Positions 27,801-36,176 of a stretch of DNA of 64,000 bases are shown one piece after another (positions within the stretch are counted from its first letter, which is position 1; every line of letters begins with the position of its first letter). The stretch spans positions 4,475 to 68,474 of the forward strand of contig CAYFJS010000001.1 of the NCBI GenBank assembly GCA_964343495.1. Direction: 5' to 3'. This DNA comes from an uncultured Acidimicrobium sp. GTDB taxonomy: Bacteria > Actinomycetota > Acidimicrobiia > Acidimicrobiales > Ilumatobacteraceae. The position numbers and the translations under genes were made by a program. The notes under the pieces are model-generated. The model was not told the DNA's origin. It saw only the letters and a program-made list of their open reading frames with translations, and did no database searches.

Positions 27801-27908
27801 ATTTCGGGCGAAACCCTCGCCACGAACCTCGTCATTGATGGGACGCTTTCGCGCACCATCGCGACCGAGGATGTGACCATTGGCGTGGCGCTCGACCGAC
27901 TACTCTGA
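24810..27908 (+). CDS. ileS: isoleucine--tRNA ligase
   Basis: 1032 aa with a GTG start. Class I synthetase motifs are the HIGH-type PHYGHLLTG and the KMSKS-type [10 protein letters not shown]. The CP1 editing region is present. Confidence 0.95.
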   Translation: MAYPSVDPQPQFPQLEAEVLEFWKHDDTFVASVEQRPRGTNGDNEYVFYDGPPFANGLPHYGHLLTGFVKDAVPRYQTMRGKRVERRFGWDCHGLPAEAEAERQLGISGRQAITDFGIDKFNEYCKVSVLQYTSEWERYVTRQARWVDFANDYKTLDTNYMESVMWAFKTLYDKGLIYMGFRVLPYSWALETPLSNTETRMDDAYKQVQDPALTVAFTLEDGDKILAWTTTPWTLPSNLALAVAPDVAYVRVRHEDSVYVLAKDRLAAYERELGGAEVLGEVSGSSLVGRRYQPLFPYFAEHPNAFRIVSGDFVTTEDGTGVVHMAPGFGEDDQRVCRDNGIDLVVPVDSRGQFTSEVPDYEGTLVFDANPLIIRALKERGVVLRHETYDHAYPHCWRTGKPLIYKAVSSWFVDVTKVKERMVELNRSITWVPDHLRDGSFGKWLENARDWTISRNRFWGSPIPVWMSDDPAHPRTDVYGSVAELERDFGVAVTELHRPFVDDLVRANPDDPTGKSMMRRVPEVLDCWFESGSMPFAQVHYPFENQEWFDHHYPGDFIVEYIGQTRGWFYTLHVLATALFDKPSFATCVSHGIVLGADGQKMSKSLRNYPDPMGVFDTHGADAMRWYLLSSSILRGSDFAVTEDGIRDTVRQVMLPIWNSWYFLTLYANASGKHGSVRTDSSNVMDRYIFAKLNRTIGLVTASMDTYDLFEACQQIREFLDALTNWYIRRSRDRFWAGDSDAIDTLHTVLSVLTRLAAPLLPLVSENIYRGLTGERSVHLADWPKVDEVPTDDALVVTMDRVRDVCSTTLSLRKSKSRRVRLPLASITVAAPNASALEEFASIITEEVNARAATFRSDVEGVAREELQVIPAALGPRLGSNTQKVIGAVKRGEWSKTASGVQAGGVDLEPHEYVLKLVADTSGSGDAASAALGDGNGVVIVDLTLTDDLIAEGTARDIVRVVQQARRDAGLDVSDRISLTLGLDEETSARVQSYLGYISGETLATNLVIDGTLSRTIATEDVTIGVALDRLL

Positions 27909-27931
27909 TTCGCCAACCGAGGAGAACCACG

Positions 27932-28978
27932 ATGCCCACAGCAGCGGCGAAGAAGAAGGCTGAACTGGCGAAGAAAGCTGCCGCCAAGAAGAAGCTCGAG
28001 TTGGCGAAGAAGGCTGCGAAGAAGAAGGCCGAACTGGCGAAGAAGGCTGCGGCCAGGAAGAAGCTCGAGTTGGCGAAGAAAGCTGCGGCGAAGAAGAAGG
28101 CTGAGCTCGCCAAGAAGGCTGCGGCGAAGAAGAAGCTTGAGTTGGCGAAGAAAGCTGCGGCGAAGAAGAAGCTTGAGTTGGCGAAGAAGGCCGCGAAGAA
28201 GAAAGCCGAACTCGCCAAGAAGCTTGCACGCAAGAAGCTCGACGAGAAGCGAGCGATCGAGGCTGCTCGAAAGAAAGCGCAGCGCGCAAAGGAGATGGAG
28301 CGACGTCGGATCGCCGCCGAGAAGAAGAAGGCGCAGCTTGCCCGGCAAAAGGAACTCGCCCGCGTCGCCAAGGAAAAGGCGAAAGAGAAGGCGCGCATCG
28401 CCGCCGAGAAGGCCGCAATTCGCGAGGCAAAGGAAAAGGAACGGATTGCCATCCGTGAGGCCAAAGAGGCGGCGCGCCTGGCGGCCGCCGAGGCAAAGCG
28501 CGCCGAGGAGGCCCGCCTCGAGGCGATCCGCAAGAAGAACGAGCCGAAGCCGAAGGCAACCCATGAGAAGACCGAGTTCCTCGACGGCATCTACTCAACG
28601 AAGGACTTCGATCACAAGTTCCTCCTTTCGCAGCGTGAACTCCTCCTCGAGATGCGCGCAGTTCGTACGACTCAGGCGGCACGACTCGAGGACGAGGCCC
28701 ACGCTTTGATCGAGGACGTCGAGATGGGCGACGTGCAATTCGACGAGGAGGGTGGCGAAGGCGACACGATGGTCGTCGAGCGTGAGCGCGACCTCGTCTT
28801 GTCCGCAGAGGCCCGCCACGAAATCGAGGAGATCGATGCCGCTCTCGAGCGGATCCGAGTCGGGGATTACGGCTATTCGATCCACAGCGGACTGCCGATT
28901 CCGCGTGAACGCTTGAAGGCGATCCCGTGGACCCAGGAGTCGGTGCAGGAGCGGGTTGGCGGCCTCGGTCGTCGATGA
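27932..28978 (+). CDS. Lys/Ala-repeat (histone-H1-like) protein with a C-terminal DksA/TraR-like domain lacking the four zinc cysteines
   Basis: 348 aa. Residues 6-99 are tandem [12 protein letters not shown]-type repeats, and residues up to about 205 form a K/A/E/R-rich predicted coiled coil. The C-terminus [37 protein letters not shown] aligns by eye to the DksA/TraR finger (...YGxCxxCGxxI...RLxAxP...C..C), but every Cys position is substituted. A GAGGAG RBS lies upstream. Confidence 0.7.
   Translation: MPTAAAKKKAELAKKAAAKKKLELAKKAAKKKAELAKKAAARKKLELAKKAAAKKKAELAKKAAAKKKLELAKKAAAKKKLELAKKAAKKKAELAKKLARKKLDEKRAIEAARKKAQRAKEMERRRIAAEKKKAQLARQKELARVAKEKAKEKARIAAEKAAIREAKEKERIAIREAKEAARLAAAEAKRAEEARLEAIRKKNEPKPKATHEKTEFLDGIYSTKDFDHKFLLSQRELLLEMRAVRTTQAARLEDEAHALIEDVEMGDVQFDEEGGEGDTMVVERERDLVLSAEARHEIEEIDAALERIRVGDYGYSIHSGLPIPRERLKAIPWTQESVQERVGGLGRR
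27947..28228 (+). repeat. in-frame imperfect tandem repeat, about 8 copies of a 36/33-nt unit
   Basis: The DNA unit is GCGAAGAAGAAGCTTGAGTTGGCGAAGAAAGCTGCG and variants. The protein units are [12 protein letters not shown] / [12 protein letters not shown] / [11 protein letters not shown]. Confidence 0.9.
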
Positions 28979-29490
28979 CCATCACCGACGAGGCAACTGC
29001 GTCGTCACCACTTCGGCGTTCCCTCACAGCGCCATTGATCGGTTCCGCAGTGTTCGTCGTCGTCGATCAGCTCACCAAGTGGTGGGCGCTGAACACTCTC
29101 GATGACGGCCACACGATTCACCTCCTGTGGACGCTTCGATTCGCGCTTGCCTTCAATCAGGGAATGGCATTCTCTCGAGGCACCGGACTCGGTCGCGTGA
29201 TCGCGGTCGTCGCGTTGATCGTCGTCGTCGCCCTTGCGAAGTCACTTCGTACGAACGTTGACGGGCGCGCCCGACTGGCAACCGTGCTGATCATCGGCGG
29301 CGCACTCGGCAACGTCGTCGATCGTGCGTTCCGTGGCACCGGCTGGCTCGGTGGAGCGGTGGTCGACTTCATCGATCTCCAGTGGTGGCCGGTGTTCAAC
29401 GTCGCTGACATGGGGATCGTGTGTGGCGCGATCCTGCTCGCATACACCGTCGTCAAGCCCGCTCGACGACCGGAGTATCCACGTGGCTGA
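28975..29490 (+). CDS. lspA: lipoprotein signal peptidase II
   Basis: Track ORF 28927..29490 trimmed to ATG 28975, which overlaps the upstream TGA. Motifs are [25 protein letters not shown] and [18 protein letters not shown]. Confidence 0.9.
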   Translation: MTITDEATASSPLRRSLTAPLIGSAVFVVVDQLTKWWALNTLDDGHTIHLLWTLRFALAFNQGMAFSRGTGLGRVIAVVALIVVVALAKSLRTNVDGRARLATVLIIGGALGNVVDRAFRGTGWLGGAVVDFIDLQWWPVFNVADMGIVCGAILLAYTVVKPARRPEYPRG

Positions 29491-30400
29491 GGAATCGATT
29501 CCGTCCGCACTCGCGGACCAACGATTGGACCGAGTGGTGTCGATCATCGCCGACGTGAGCCGTTCGGTCGCAGCCGCGTTGATCGATGCCGGCGCGGTCA
29601 CCGTGGATGGCCAGATTTTGGCGTCCGGAAAGGTCAAGGTGCGCGAGGGTCAAGTGATTGCCGTCGATGTCACTCGTGTCCCGCGCAAGGAATTGCCCGT
29701 TGCGGACGCATCGGTCGCTCTCGACGTGGTGTTCGTCGACGACGACGTGATCGTGATCAACAAACAGCCCGGAATCGTCGTGCACCCCGGCGCGGGCAAC
29801 CCGACGGGAACTGTCGTCAACGGAGTACTTGCGTCGTTTCCGGACGTCGCAGCCGTCGGTGATCCGATGCGCCCAGGCATCGTGCATCGGCTCGACGCCG
29901 GCACCTCCGGTCTGATGGTGGTCGCGCGTTCTTCACGTGCCTATGAGTCGCTGGTCGACGCGCTCACTCGCCGCGACGTCACCCGGGTGTACAACGCACT
30001 CGTGTGGGGGCACCCGGAAGTTGATGAGGGAGTGATCGATGCGCCGATCGGTCGCGATCATCGGGATCCAACGAAGATGGCGGTGGTCGTCGACGGAAAG
30101 GTTGCGCGCACGCGCTTTGCGGTCATCGAGCGGTTCACTTCGCCTCAACCGTGTTCGCTCGTCGAATGTCGGCTCGAGACCGGACGTACGCATCAGATTC
30201 GCGTCCACCTCGAGTCGATCGGGCATCCTGTCGTCGGTGACGCGGCATATGGCGGCGCGCGCAGTTCACTTTCTGCACCGCGACCAATGCTCCATGCTCG
30301 TCGACTGTCGTTCGCCCATCCCGCGACGGGTGAGGAAGTGACGTTCGAAGCACCGATGCCACGCGACATGGCCGACGTCGTCGGACGGTGCGTTCGTTAG
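29483..30400 (+). CDS. rluD: RluA-family 23S rRNA pseudouridine synthase (RluD-like)
   Basis: Track ORF 29324..30400 trimmed to the in-frame GTG at 29483 (VAEESIP), an 8-nt overlap with lspA. It has an S4-like N-terminus, the catalytic [14 protein letters not shown] and RTHQIRVH. Confidence 0.88.
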   Translation: MAEESIPSALADQRLDRVVSIIADVSRSVAAALIDAGAVTVDGQILASGKVKVREGQVIAVDVTRVPRKELPVADASVALDVVFVDDDVIVINKQPGIVVHPGAGNPTGTVVNGVLASFPDVAAVGDPMRPGIVHRLDAGTSGLMVVARSSRAYESLVDALTRRDVTRVYNALVWGHPEVDEGVIDAPIGRDHRDPTKMAVVVDGKVARTRFAVIERFTSPQPCSLVECRLETGRTHQIRVHLESIGHPVVGDAAYGGARSSLSAPRPMLHARRLSFAHPATGEEVTFEAPMPRDMADVVGRCVR

Positions 30401-30404
30401 TCGG

Positions 30405-30851
30405 CTAGTGGTGGAGTTCCGGCCATGGCGCAGCACCCTTGGCCGCCTCGGCGATCTTGGCGAGGGTGTAGTCGGCGAGGTGCTGGCGCATGTGTTCACC
30501 GGCGACGTTCCAGATCGCCAGGAGCACGCAATGCCCCTCGTGATCGCACGCCCCGTCCTGGTGAGGCTCGCCGAAGTCGCCAAGTGAGATCGGGCCGTCT
30601 GCGGCCGCGATGATGTCCGAGAGGCGGATGTCCTCGGGGCTCTTGGCGAGCACGTAGCCGCCGCCGACACCGCGCTTGGACTTCACGAGACCGGCACCCT
30701 TCAAGACGAGGAGGATCTGCTCGAGGTAAGGCTGTGGCAGTCCCGTGCGAGCGGCGATGTCGCGCACCGAGGTCGGGCCGGTGTCGTCACGATGGAGCGC
30801 GAGCGACAACAGAGCGCGACACGCATAGTCGCCCCTCGTCGAAACTCGCAC
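30405..30851 (-). CDS. Rrf2-family transcriptional regulator
   Basis: 148 aa with a GTG start. The N-terminal wHTH is MRVSTRGDYACRALLSLAL...VRDIAARTGLPQPYLEQILLVLKGAGLVKSKRGVGGGYVLA. Its few Cys residues (GACDHEGHC) are not in the classic IscR spacing. Confidence 0.88.
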   Translation of the reverse strand: MRVSTRGDYACRALLSLALHRDDTGPTSVRDIAARTGLPQPYLEQILLVLKGAGLVKSKRGVGGGYVLAKSPEDIRLSDIIAAADGPISLGDFGEPHQDGACDHEGHCVLLAIWNVAGEHMRQHLADYTLAKIAEAAKGAAPWPELHH

Positions 30852-30875
30852 GTAGGTAGTGTAGGTCGCACCCTC

Positions 30876-31997
30876 ATGACGACCGAAGCGCCGACTCTGC
30901 GCATTCCCCAGTATTCGGGCGCGTGCACCGCCAACATCGTGCCTGCGCTCCTCGGGCCCGGCGGCTACGACTCGGTTCCGTCATGGATGCCTGAAATCGT
31001 GCGCGGCGCGCGCAGCATCGTCGTGCTCGTCATCGATGGACTCGGTTGGCATCAACTCCAGGCGCGCCGAAACCTTGCTCCGACGCTGTCATCCATGGCG
31101 GGTGGGTCGATCACCACCGTTGCGCCGACGACGACGGTGACGGCGCTGACGTCGATCGCCACGGGTCTCGCACCGGGCGAGCACGGGATGATGGGATACC
31201 GGATGGACCTCGGTCGGCGCGTGGTGCAGATGCTGCGGTGGGCTGACGAGCGAGGCGACCTGCGCAGGGAGTTCCCGCCCGAGGTGGTGCAACCGTGTCC
31301 TCCATTCATGGGCGCAAAGGTCCCGGTCATCAGCAGGGCCGAGCTCGAAGGAACTGCATTCACCGACGCTCACCTGCGCGGCACGGTTCCGCTCGGGTGG
31401 AAGGCCGCGTCGTCGATTGCCGTGACGATCGGCGAACAACTGCGTGCTGGCGCACGATTCGTCTACGCGTACTACGACGGCGTCGACAAGATCGCACACG
31501 CGTGTGGGTTCGGCGACTTCTACGACGCCGAGCTGCAGCAAGCCGATCGGATCGTGGGTGACGTGTGTGCACAACTCGGCCCCGAAGACGTCCTCCTCGT
31601 CACCGCCGATCACGGACAGGTGAGCGTCGGTGACGATCTGGCGCCGCCGCATGACGACGTCTTGGTTCACGTCTCGTATCAGTCGGGGGAGAGCAGATTC
31701 CGATGGCTGCACGCGAAGTCGGGGAGGACACCCGACGTCCTCTCGGCCGCCCGAGCCCACCATGGAGGTGTCGCCCATGTGCTCACCCGTGACGAGGTCG
31801 TCGAACACGGACTCTTCGGTCCACGAGTGTCGGACGTGGCGCGGAGGCGACTCGGTGACGTCGCGCTCATCCCGTTCGGCGCCCAGAGCTTCGAAGATCC
31901 CGAAGAGAACGGACCGCACAAACTCATCTGTCGTCACGGGGCGTTGACGGACCAAGAATTGGACGTTCCGCTGTTGGCATCGCGCGGCGGGAACTGA
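30876..31997 (+). CDS. alkaline phosphatase / nucleotide pyrophosphatase family protein
   Basis: Track ORF trimmed to ATG 30876 (MTTEAPTLRIP). Metal and nucleophile region motifs are VVLVIDGLGWHQL, TVAPTTTVTALTSIATG, YYDGVDKIAH and VTADHGQV. Confidence 0.75.
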   Translation: MTTEAPTLRIPQYSGACTANIVPALLGPGGYDSVPSWMPEIVRGARSIVVLVIDGLGWHQLQARRNLAPTLSSMAGGSITTVAPTTTVTALTSIATGLAPGEHGMMGYRMDLGRRVVQMLRWADERGDLRREFPPEVVQPCPPFMGAKVPVISRAELEGTAFTDAHLRGTVPLGWKAASSIAVTIGEQLRAGARFVYAYYDGVDKIAHACGFGDFYDAELQQADRIVGDVCAQLGPEDVLLVTADHGQVSVGDDLAPPHDDVLVHVSYQSGESRFRWLHAKSGRTPDVLSAARAHHGGVAHVLTRDEVVEHGLFGPRVSDVARRRLGDVALIPFGAQSFEDPEENGPHKLICRHGALTDQELDVPLLASRGGN

Positions 31998-32009
31998 CAC
32001 AGTAGGGAT

Positions 32010-32501
32010 ATGAGCCAAACCCCCAACGAAAACTCAGAGGCAAGCGAGCGCCTCGGTGGCGCCGAAGTCATCTCCCCGAATGAGGAGGTGCCGACCGAAT
32101 CGGTGACGGCCCCGGCAAAGGTCATGCGGATCGGTTCGATGATCAAGCAGCTGCTCGATGAGGTGCATTCGATGAACCTCGATGCACCGAGTCGGGAACG
32201 CCTCGCGGAGATCTATGAACGCTCGATCATCGAGCTCGCGGACGCCCTGTCGCCCGATCTCGCAGAGGAGCTCCGCACACTCGCATTGCCGTTCAAGGAC
32301 GGCGTGATCCCCTCAGATAGCGAATTGCGGGTCGCCAAGGCGCAACTCGTCGGCTGGCTCGAGGGATTGTTCCACGGAATCCAGGCGACGCTCTTCGCCC
32401 AACAGATGGCAGCGCGTCAGCAACTCGACCAGATGCGCCAACTCCCCGGGGTGCCGAACGGACAGAACGGCGTTCCGACGGCTCCCGGCAACTACTTGTA
32501 G
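32010..32501 (+). CDS. bpa: bacterial proteasome activator Bpa/PafE family protein (DUF2587)
   Basis: 163 aa. PAKVMRIGSMIKQLLDEV, LPFKDGVIPSDSELRVAKAQLVGWLEGLFHGIQATLFAQQMAARQQL and a C-terminal ...GNYL closely resemble my recollection of M. tuberculosis Rv3780, which ends in GQYL. Confidence 0.75.
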   Translation: MSQTPNENSEASERLGGAEVISPNEEVPTESVTAPAKVMRIGSMIKQLLDEVHSMNLDAPSRERLAEIYERSIIELADALSPDLAEELRTLALPFKDGVIPSDSELRVAKAQLVGWLEGLFHGIQATLFAQQMAARQQLDQMRQLPGVPNGQNGVPTAPGNYL

Positions 32502-32502
32502 T

Positions 32503-32518
32503 TCGCATCGAGGTTCGA
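32503..32518 (+). promoter_or_regulatory. weak LexA (Cheo-type) box candidate upstream of dnaE
   Basis: TCGCATcgagGTTCGA matches the actinobacterial consensus TCGAAC-N4-GTTCGA at 10 of 12 positions. It lies 73 nt upstream of the dnaE GTG. Confidence 0.2.
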
Positions 32519-32590
32519 TTCGCGGTGTGCGCGAGACGCACAGACCCCACTGCTACTGTCGTCTGACTACTGACGAAAAGGAGGCCCTCG

Positions 32591-35500
32591 GTGGGGGATT
32601 CATTCACCCACTTGCACGTCCACACGGAGTTTTCGATGTTGGACGGGGCCTCGCGTCTCAGCGAACTGGTGGCCAAGGCGAAGTCAGACGGTCAGCCCGC
32701 GCTCGGCATCACGGACCACGGGAACATGTACGGGGTCATCGACTTCTACAAGGAGTGCACCGAGCAAGGCATCAAGCCGATCATCGGAACCGAGGCCTAC
32801 ATGGCCCACGAACATCGCACGGAACGCCCGTCGAGGCGTGGCCGCATCGACGACACCGGCGGAGAGACCGAAGGCGGGGGCAAGGTGTACTACCACCTCA
32901 CGCTGCTCGCGGAGAACAACGTCGGCTACAAGAACCTGATCAACCTCGCGAGCCGTGCCTTCCTCGAGGGGTATTACTACCAACCTCGCGTCGACTGGGA
33001 ACTCCTGCAGCAGTACTCCTCGGGTCTGATCGCCACGAGTGGATGTCTCGGCGGGCACGTCCTTCAACGACTGATGCGTGGAGACGTGAAGGGTGCGCAC
33101 GAGTGCGCAGGTCGATTGCAGGAGATCTTCGGGCGCGACAATTTCTTCATCGAATTGCAGGACCACGGTCTTGCGGACCAGGTGCGCACGAATCCGCTGC
33201 TCATCGAACTTGCCAAGGCGATCGACGCGCCCCTGCTTGCGACCAATGACACCCACTACACGCACCGCGAGGACCATGAAAGCCACGACGCGCTGTTGTG
33301 CGTGCAGACCGGGTGCACGATCGCCGATCCCAACAGGTTCAAGTTCGAAGGCAACGAGCACTACCTGAAGACGGCCAACGAGATGAGGTACCTGTTCCGC
33401 GAGGTGCCCGAGGCGTGCAACAACACGCTGTGGATCGCCGAACGCGCCGACGTGAAGATCGAGTTCGGCAAGTACGTGTTGCCAGACTTTCCACTCCCGA
33501 AGGGTTTCGCCACGGACCGCGACTACCTCGCGCACCTCGCGCTCGAAGGAGCCAAGGCGCGATGGGGGGCGAAGCTTCCCAAAGAGGTGTCCGACCGGTT
33601 GACCTACGAGCTGAAGGTGATCGGCGACATGGGCTTTTCGTCGTACTTCCTCATCGTGTGGGACCTCATCCGCTACGCGAAGGAACACGGCATTCGTGTC
33701 GGTCCCGGCCGTGGTTCGGCGGCGGGATGCGCGGTCGCATATTGCCTCGGCATAACCAACCTCGACCCGATCAAGTACGACCTGCTCTTCGAGCGATTCC
33801 TCAATCCAAGTCGCATCAGCATGCCCGACATCGACATGGACTTCGACTCGCGATATCGCGACCAAATGATCCGCTACGCGGCGGAGAAATACGGACGTGA
33901 TCGGGTCGCCCAGATCATCACGTTCGGCACGATCAAGGCCCGCAACGCAGTGCGCGATGCCGCCCGCGTGCTCGGCTATCCGTATGCGCTCGGTGACAAG
34001 ATCGCCAAGGCCATGCCACCCGTCGTCATGGGCCGCGACACGCCGATCAAGTACTGCTTCGAACAGGATCCGAAACACATGGCCGGCTACCAAGCGGCGC
34101 AGGATCTGCGCACGCTCTGTGACACCGATCCCGACGTGAAGCGCGTCGTCGACGTGGCACGGGGACTCGAAGGCTTGAAGCGCTCCGTCGGAATCCATGC
34201 AGCCGCTGTCGTGATCACCAAGGAGCCGCTCACTGAGTACCTCCCGATCCAGCGCAAGCCCGAGCAGGGCCAAGATCCGGCAGAGGCACCCGTAGTTACC
34301 CAGTACGAAATGCATGGGGTGGAGGAGCTGGGTCTCCTGAAGATGGACATCCTCGGACTGCGCAACCTCGACGTGATCTCCGATGCCCAAGAGATGATCC
34401 GAACCAGGCGGAATCCCGACTTCGACATCGACTCGATACCGATCGACGACAAGGCCACCTACACCCTTCTCGCCCAGGGCGACACCATCGGCGTGTTCCA
34501 GCTCGAGTCCTCGCCGATGCGGGCTCTCTTGCGGTCGCTCATCCCCACAGAGTTTGAGCATCTCTCCGCCGTCCTCGCCCTGTACCGCCCTGGCCCGATG
34601 AGCGCGAACATGCACAACGACTTCGCCGATTACAAGAACAAGCGCAAGGTGACCGAGTACTTTCCCGATGATGCAAAAGATGTCTTGGAGGACACGTTTG
34701 GGCTCATGATCTATCAGGAGAGCATGATGCGTGTCGCCCAGAAATATGCCGGGTACACACTCGCCGAGGCCGACAACCTTCGTAAAGCGTGCGGAAAGAA
34801 GATGCCGGACGTCATGGAGAAGGAGCGTGACAAGTTCGAGCAAGGGTGTGTGAAGACGGGTTACGGGATCGACACGGGAAAGAAGCTCTTCGACATCATC
34901 GTCAAGTTCGCCGACTACGCCTTCGCCAAGAGTCACGCCTACGGCTACGGATTGATCTCGTACCAGACCGCCTACTTAAAGGCGCATTATCCGGTCGAGT
35001 ACCTCGCGTGTCTGCTCACGAGCGTCAAGGCGAACTACGAAAAGGCAGCGGTCTACCTCGCCGACGCACGGGCATCGAAGATCACGGTGCTCACTCCGGA
35101 CATCAACAAATCGGGAGTCGACTTCGAACCAATCGACAACGCCGGTACGCCTACGATCTCGTTCGGATTGTCGGCGATCCGAAACGTCGGCGAGGCGCTC
35201 GTTGAGCAGATCGTCGAGCATCGCCGTGACCACGGCCAGTACACCTCCTTCTATGACTTCGTCGAGCGTGCTCCGGAACAGGTGTTGAACAAGCGCACCA
35301 TCGAGTCATTGATCAAGGCGGGCGCATTCGATTCGCTCGGTCATCCGCGCAAGGGCTTGCTGATGGTCTACGAAACGATCATCGACGCCACCGTCGCCCG
35401 TCGCCGCGAGCGCGACCAGGGGGTCATGAGCCTCTTCGGTGATGTCGGCGGAGACGACTCGGTGTACTCCGAGAAGCGTGAGATACCCGCGCTCCAGTTC

Positions 35501-36118
35501 GACAAGTCAGAACAGCTCAAATTCGAAAAGGAGATGCTCGGGCTGTACGTCTCGGACCATCCTTTGATGGGGATCGAAGGTGCATTGCGACGGCGCGTGG
35601 ATGCGTCGATTGCCGAGGCCGTCGAGCGGGAGGACAACTCGTTCTTCACCGTCGGCGGGATCATCAGTGCGCTCAACCGGAAGTACACGCGCAAGGGCGA
35701 CCTGATGGCGACGTTCATGCTCGAGGACCTGCAGGGGGCAGTCGAGGTGGCGGTGTTCCCGAAGACCTTCCAGAAGTATGGGCACCAGCTCGCAGACGAC
35801 GTCATCGTCACGGTCAAGGGCCGCTTGAACAAACAAGACGAGACCCGAGTGTCGTTCATGGCCACTGACATCGTCGTGCAGGAGGGACTGCGTGCGTCGG
35901 GGGATTCGCTCCACATCAAGGTTTCTGCCCAGGCGCTCACCCCTGAATTGATCGACGACATGAAGGGCGTCCTGCAGCAGCACCCGGGGTCGTCTCCGGT
36001 GTTCGTGCATCTCGGAGGCGACAAAGTGATGCAACTCGACTCGAAATTCACCGTCGACTTGGACCGTGTCATCGGGCAGATTCGTGTGATGTTCGGTGAG
36101 GCCGCCTACATCGAATAG
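32591..36118 (+). CDS. dnaE: DNA polymerase III alpha subunit
   Basis: 1175 aa with a GTG start preceded by AAAGGAGG. It has the PHP domain FTHLHVHTEFSMLDGA, polymerase core motifs and a C-terminal OB-fold region. Confidence 0.96.
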   Translation: MGDSFTHLHVHTEFSMLDGASRLSELVAKAKSDGQPALGITDHGNMYGVIDFYKECTEQGIKPIIGTEAYMAHEHRTERPSRRGRIDDTGGETEGGGKVYYHLTLLAENNVGYKNLINLASRAFLEGYYYQPRVDWELLQQYSSGLIATSGCLGGHVLQRLMRGDVKGAHECAGRLQEIFGRDNFFIELQDHGLADQVRTNPLLIELAKAIDAPLLATNDTHYTHREDHESHDALLCVQTGCTIADPNRFKFEGNEHYLKTANEMRYLFREVPEACNNTLWIAERADVKIEFGKYVLPDFPLPKGFATDRDYLAHLALEGAKARWGAKLPKEVSDRLTYELKVIGDMGFSSYFLIVWDLIRYAKEHGIRVGPGRGSAAGCAVAYCLGITNLDPIKYDLLFERFLNPSRISMPDIDMDFDSRYRDQMIRYAAEKYGRDRVAQIITFGTIKARNAVRDAARVLGYPYALGDKIAKAMPPVVMGRDTPIKYCFEQDPKHMAGYQAAQDLRTLCDTDPDVKRVVDVARGLEGLKRSVGIHAAAVVITKEPLTEYLPIQRKPEQGQDPAEAPVVTQYEMHGVEELGLLKMDILGLRNLDVISDAQEMIRTRRNPDFDIDSIPIDDKATYTLLAQGDTIGVFQLESSPMRALLRSLIPTEFEHLSAVLALYRPGPMSANMHNDFADYKNKRKVTEYFPDDAKDVLEDTFGLMIYQESMMRVAQKYAGYTLAEADNLRKACGKKMPDVMEKERDKFEQGCVKTGYGIDTGKKLFDIIVKFADYAFAKSHAYGYGLISYQTAYLKAHYPVEYLACLLTSVKANYEKAAVYLADARASKITVLTPDINKSGVDFEPIDNAGTPTISFGLSAIRNVGEALVEQIVEHRRDHGQYTSFYDFVERAPEQVLNKRTIESLIKAGAFDSLGHPRKGLLMVYETIIDATVARRRERDQGVMSLFGDVGGDDSVYSEKREIPALQFDKSEQLKFEKEMLGLYVSDHPLMGIEGALRRRVDASIAEAVEREDNSFFTVGGIISALNRKYTRKGDLMATFMLEDLQGAVEVAVFPKTFQKYGHQLADDVIVTVKGRLNKQDETRVSFMATDIVVQEGLRASGDSLHIKVSAQALTPELIDDMKGVLQQHPGSSPVFVHLGGDKVMQLDSKFTVDLDRVIGQIRVMFGEAAYIE

Positions 36119-36176
36119 CGGATGAGCCAGAACTCGCCCGTCTGAAAAGCGAATTTTGCTGGCAGAATAGAGGTCT

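Noticed and set aside
27947-28228. The regular roughly 36-nt repeat as a possible CRISPR-like or non-coding VNTR array.
   Set aside because: The units are contiguous with no unique spacers. They are in frame (multiples of 3) and encode a coherent Lys/Ala heptad-like peptide within a longer ORF.
27512-29027. Three overlapping minus-strand ORFs (350, 252 and 375 aa) with Leu/Phe/Ala/Ser repeats.
   Set aside because: They are mirror images of the Lys/Ala tandem repeat in the plus-strand DksA-like gene. The plus-strand frame has an RBS, continues into a recognisable domain and is translationally coupled to lspA.
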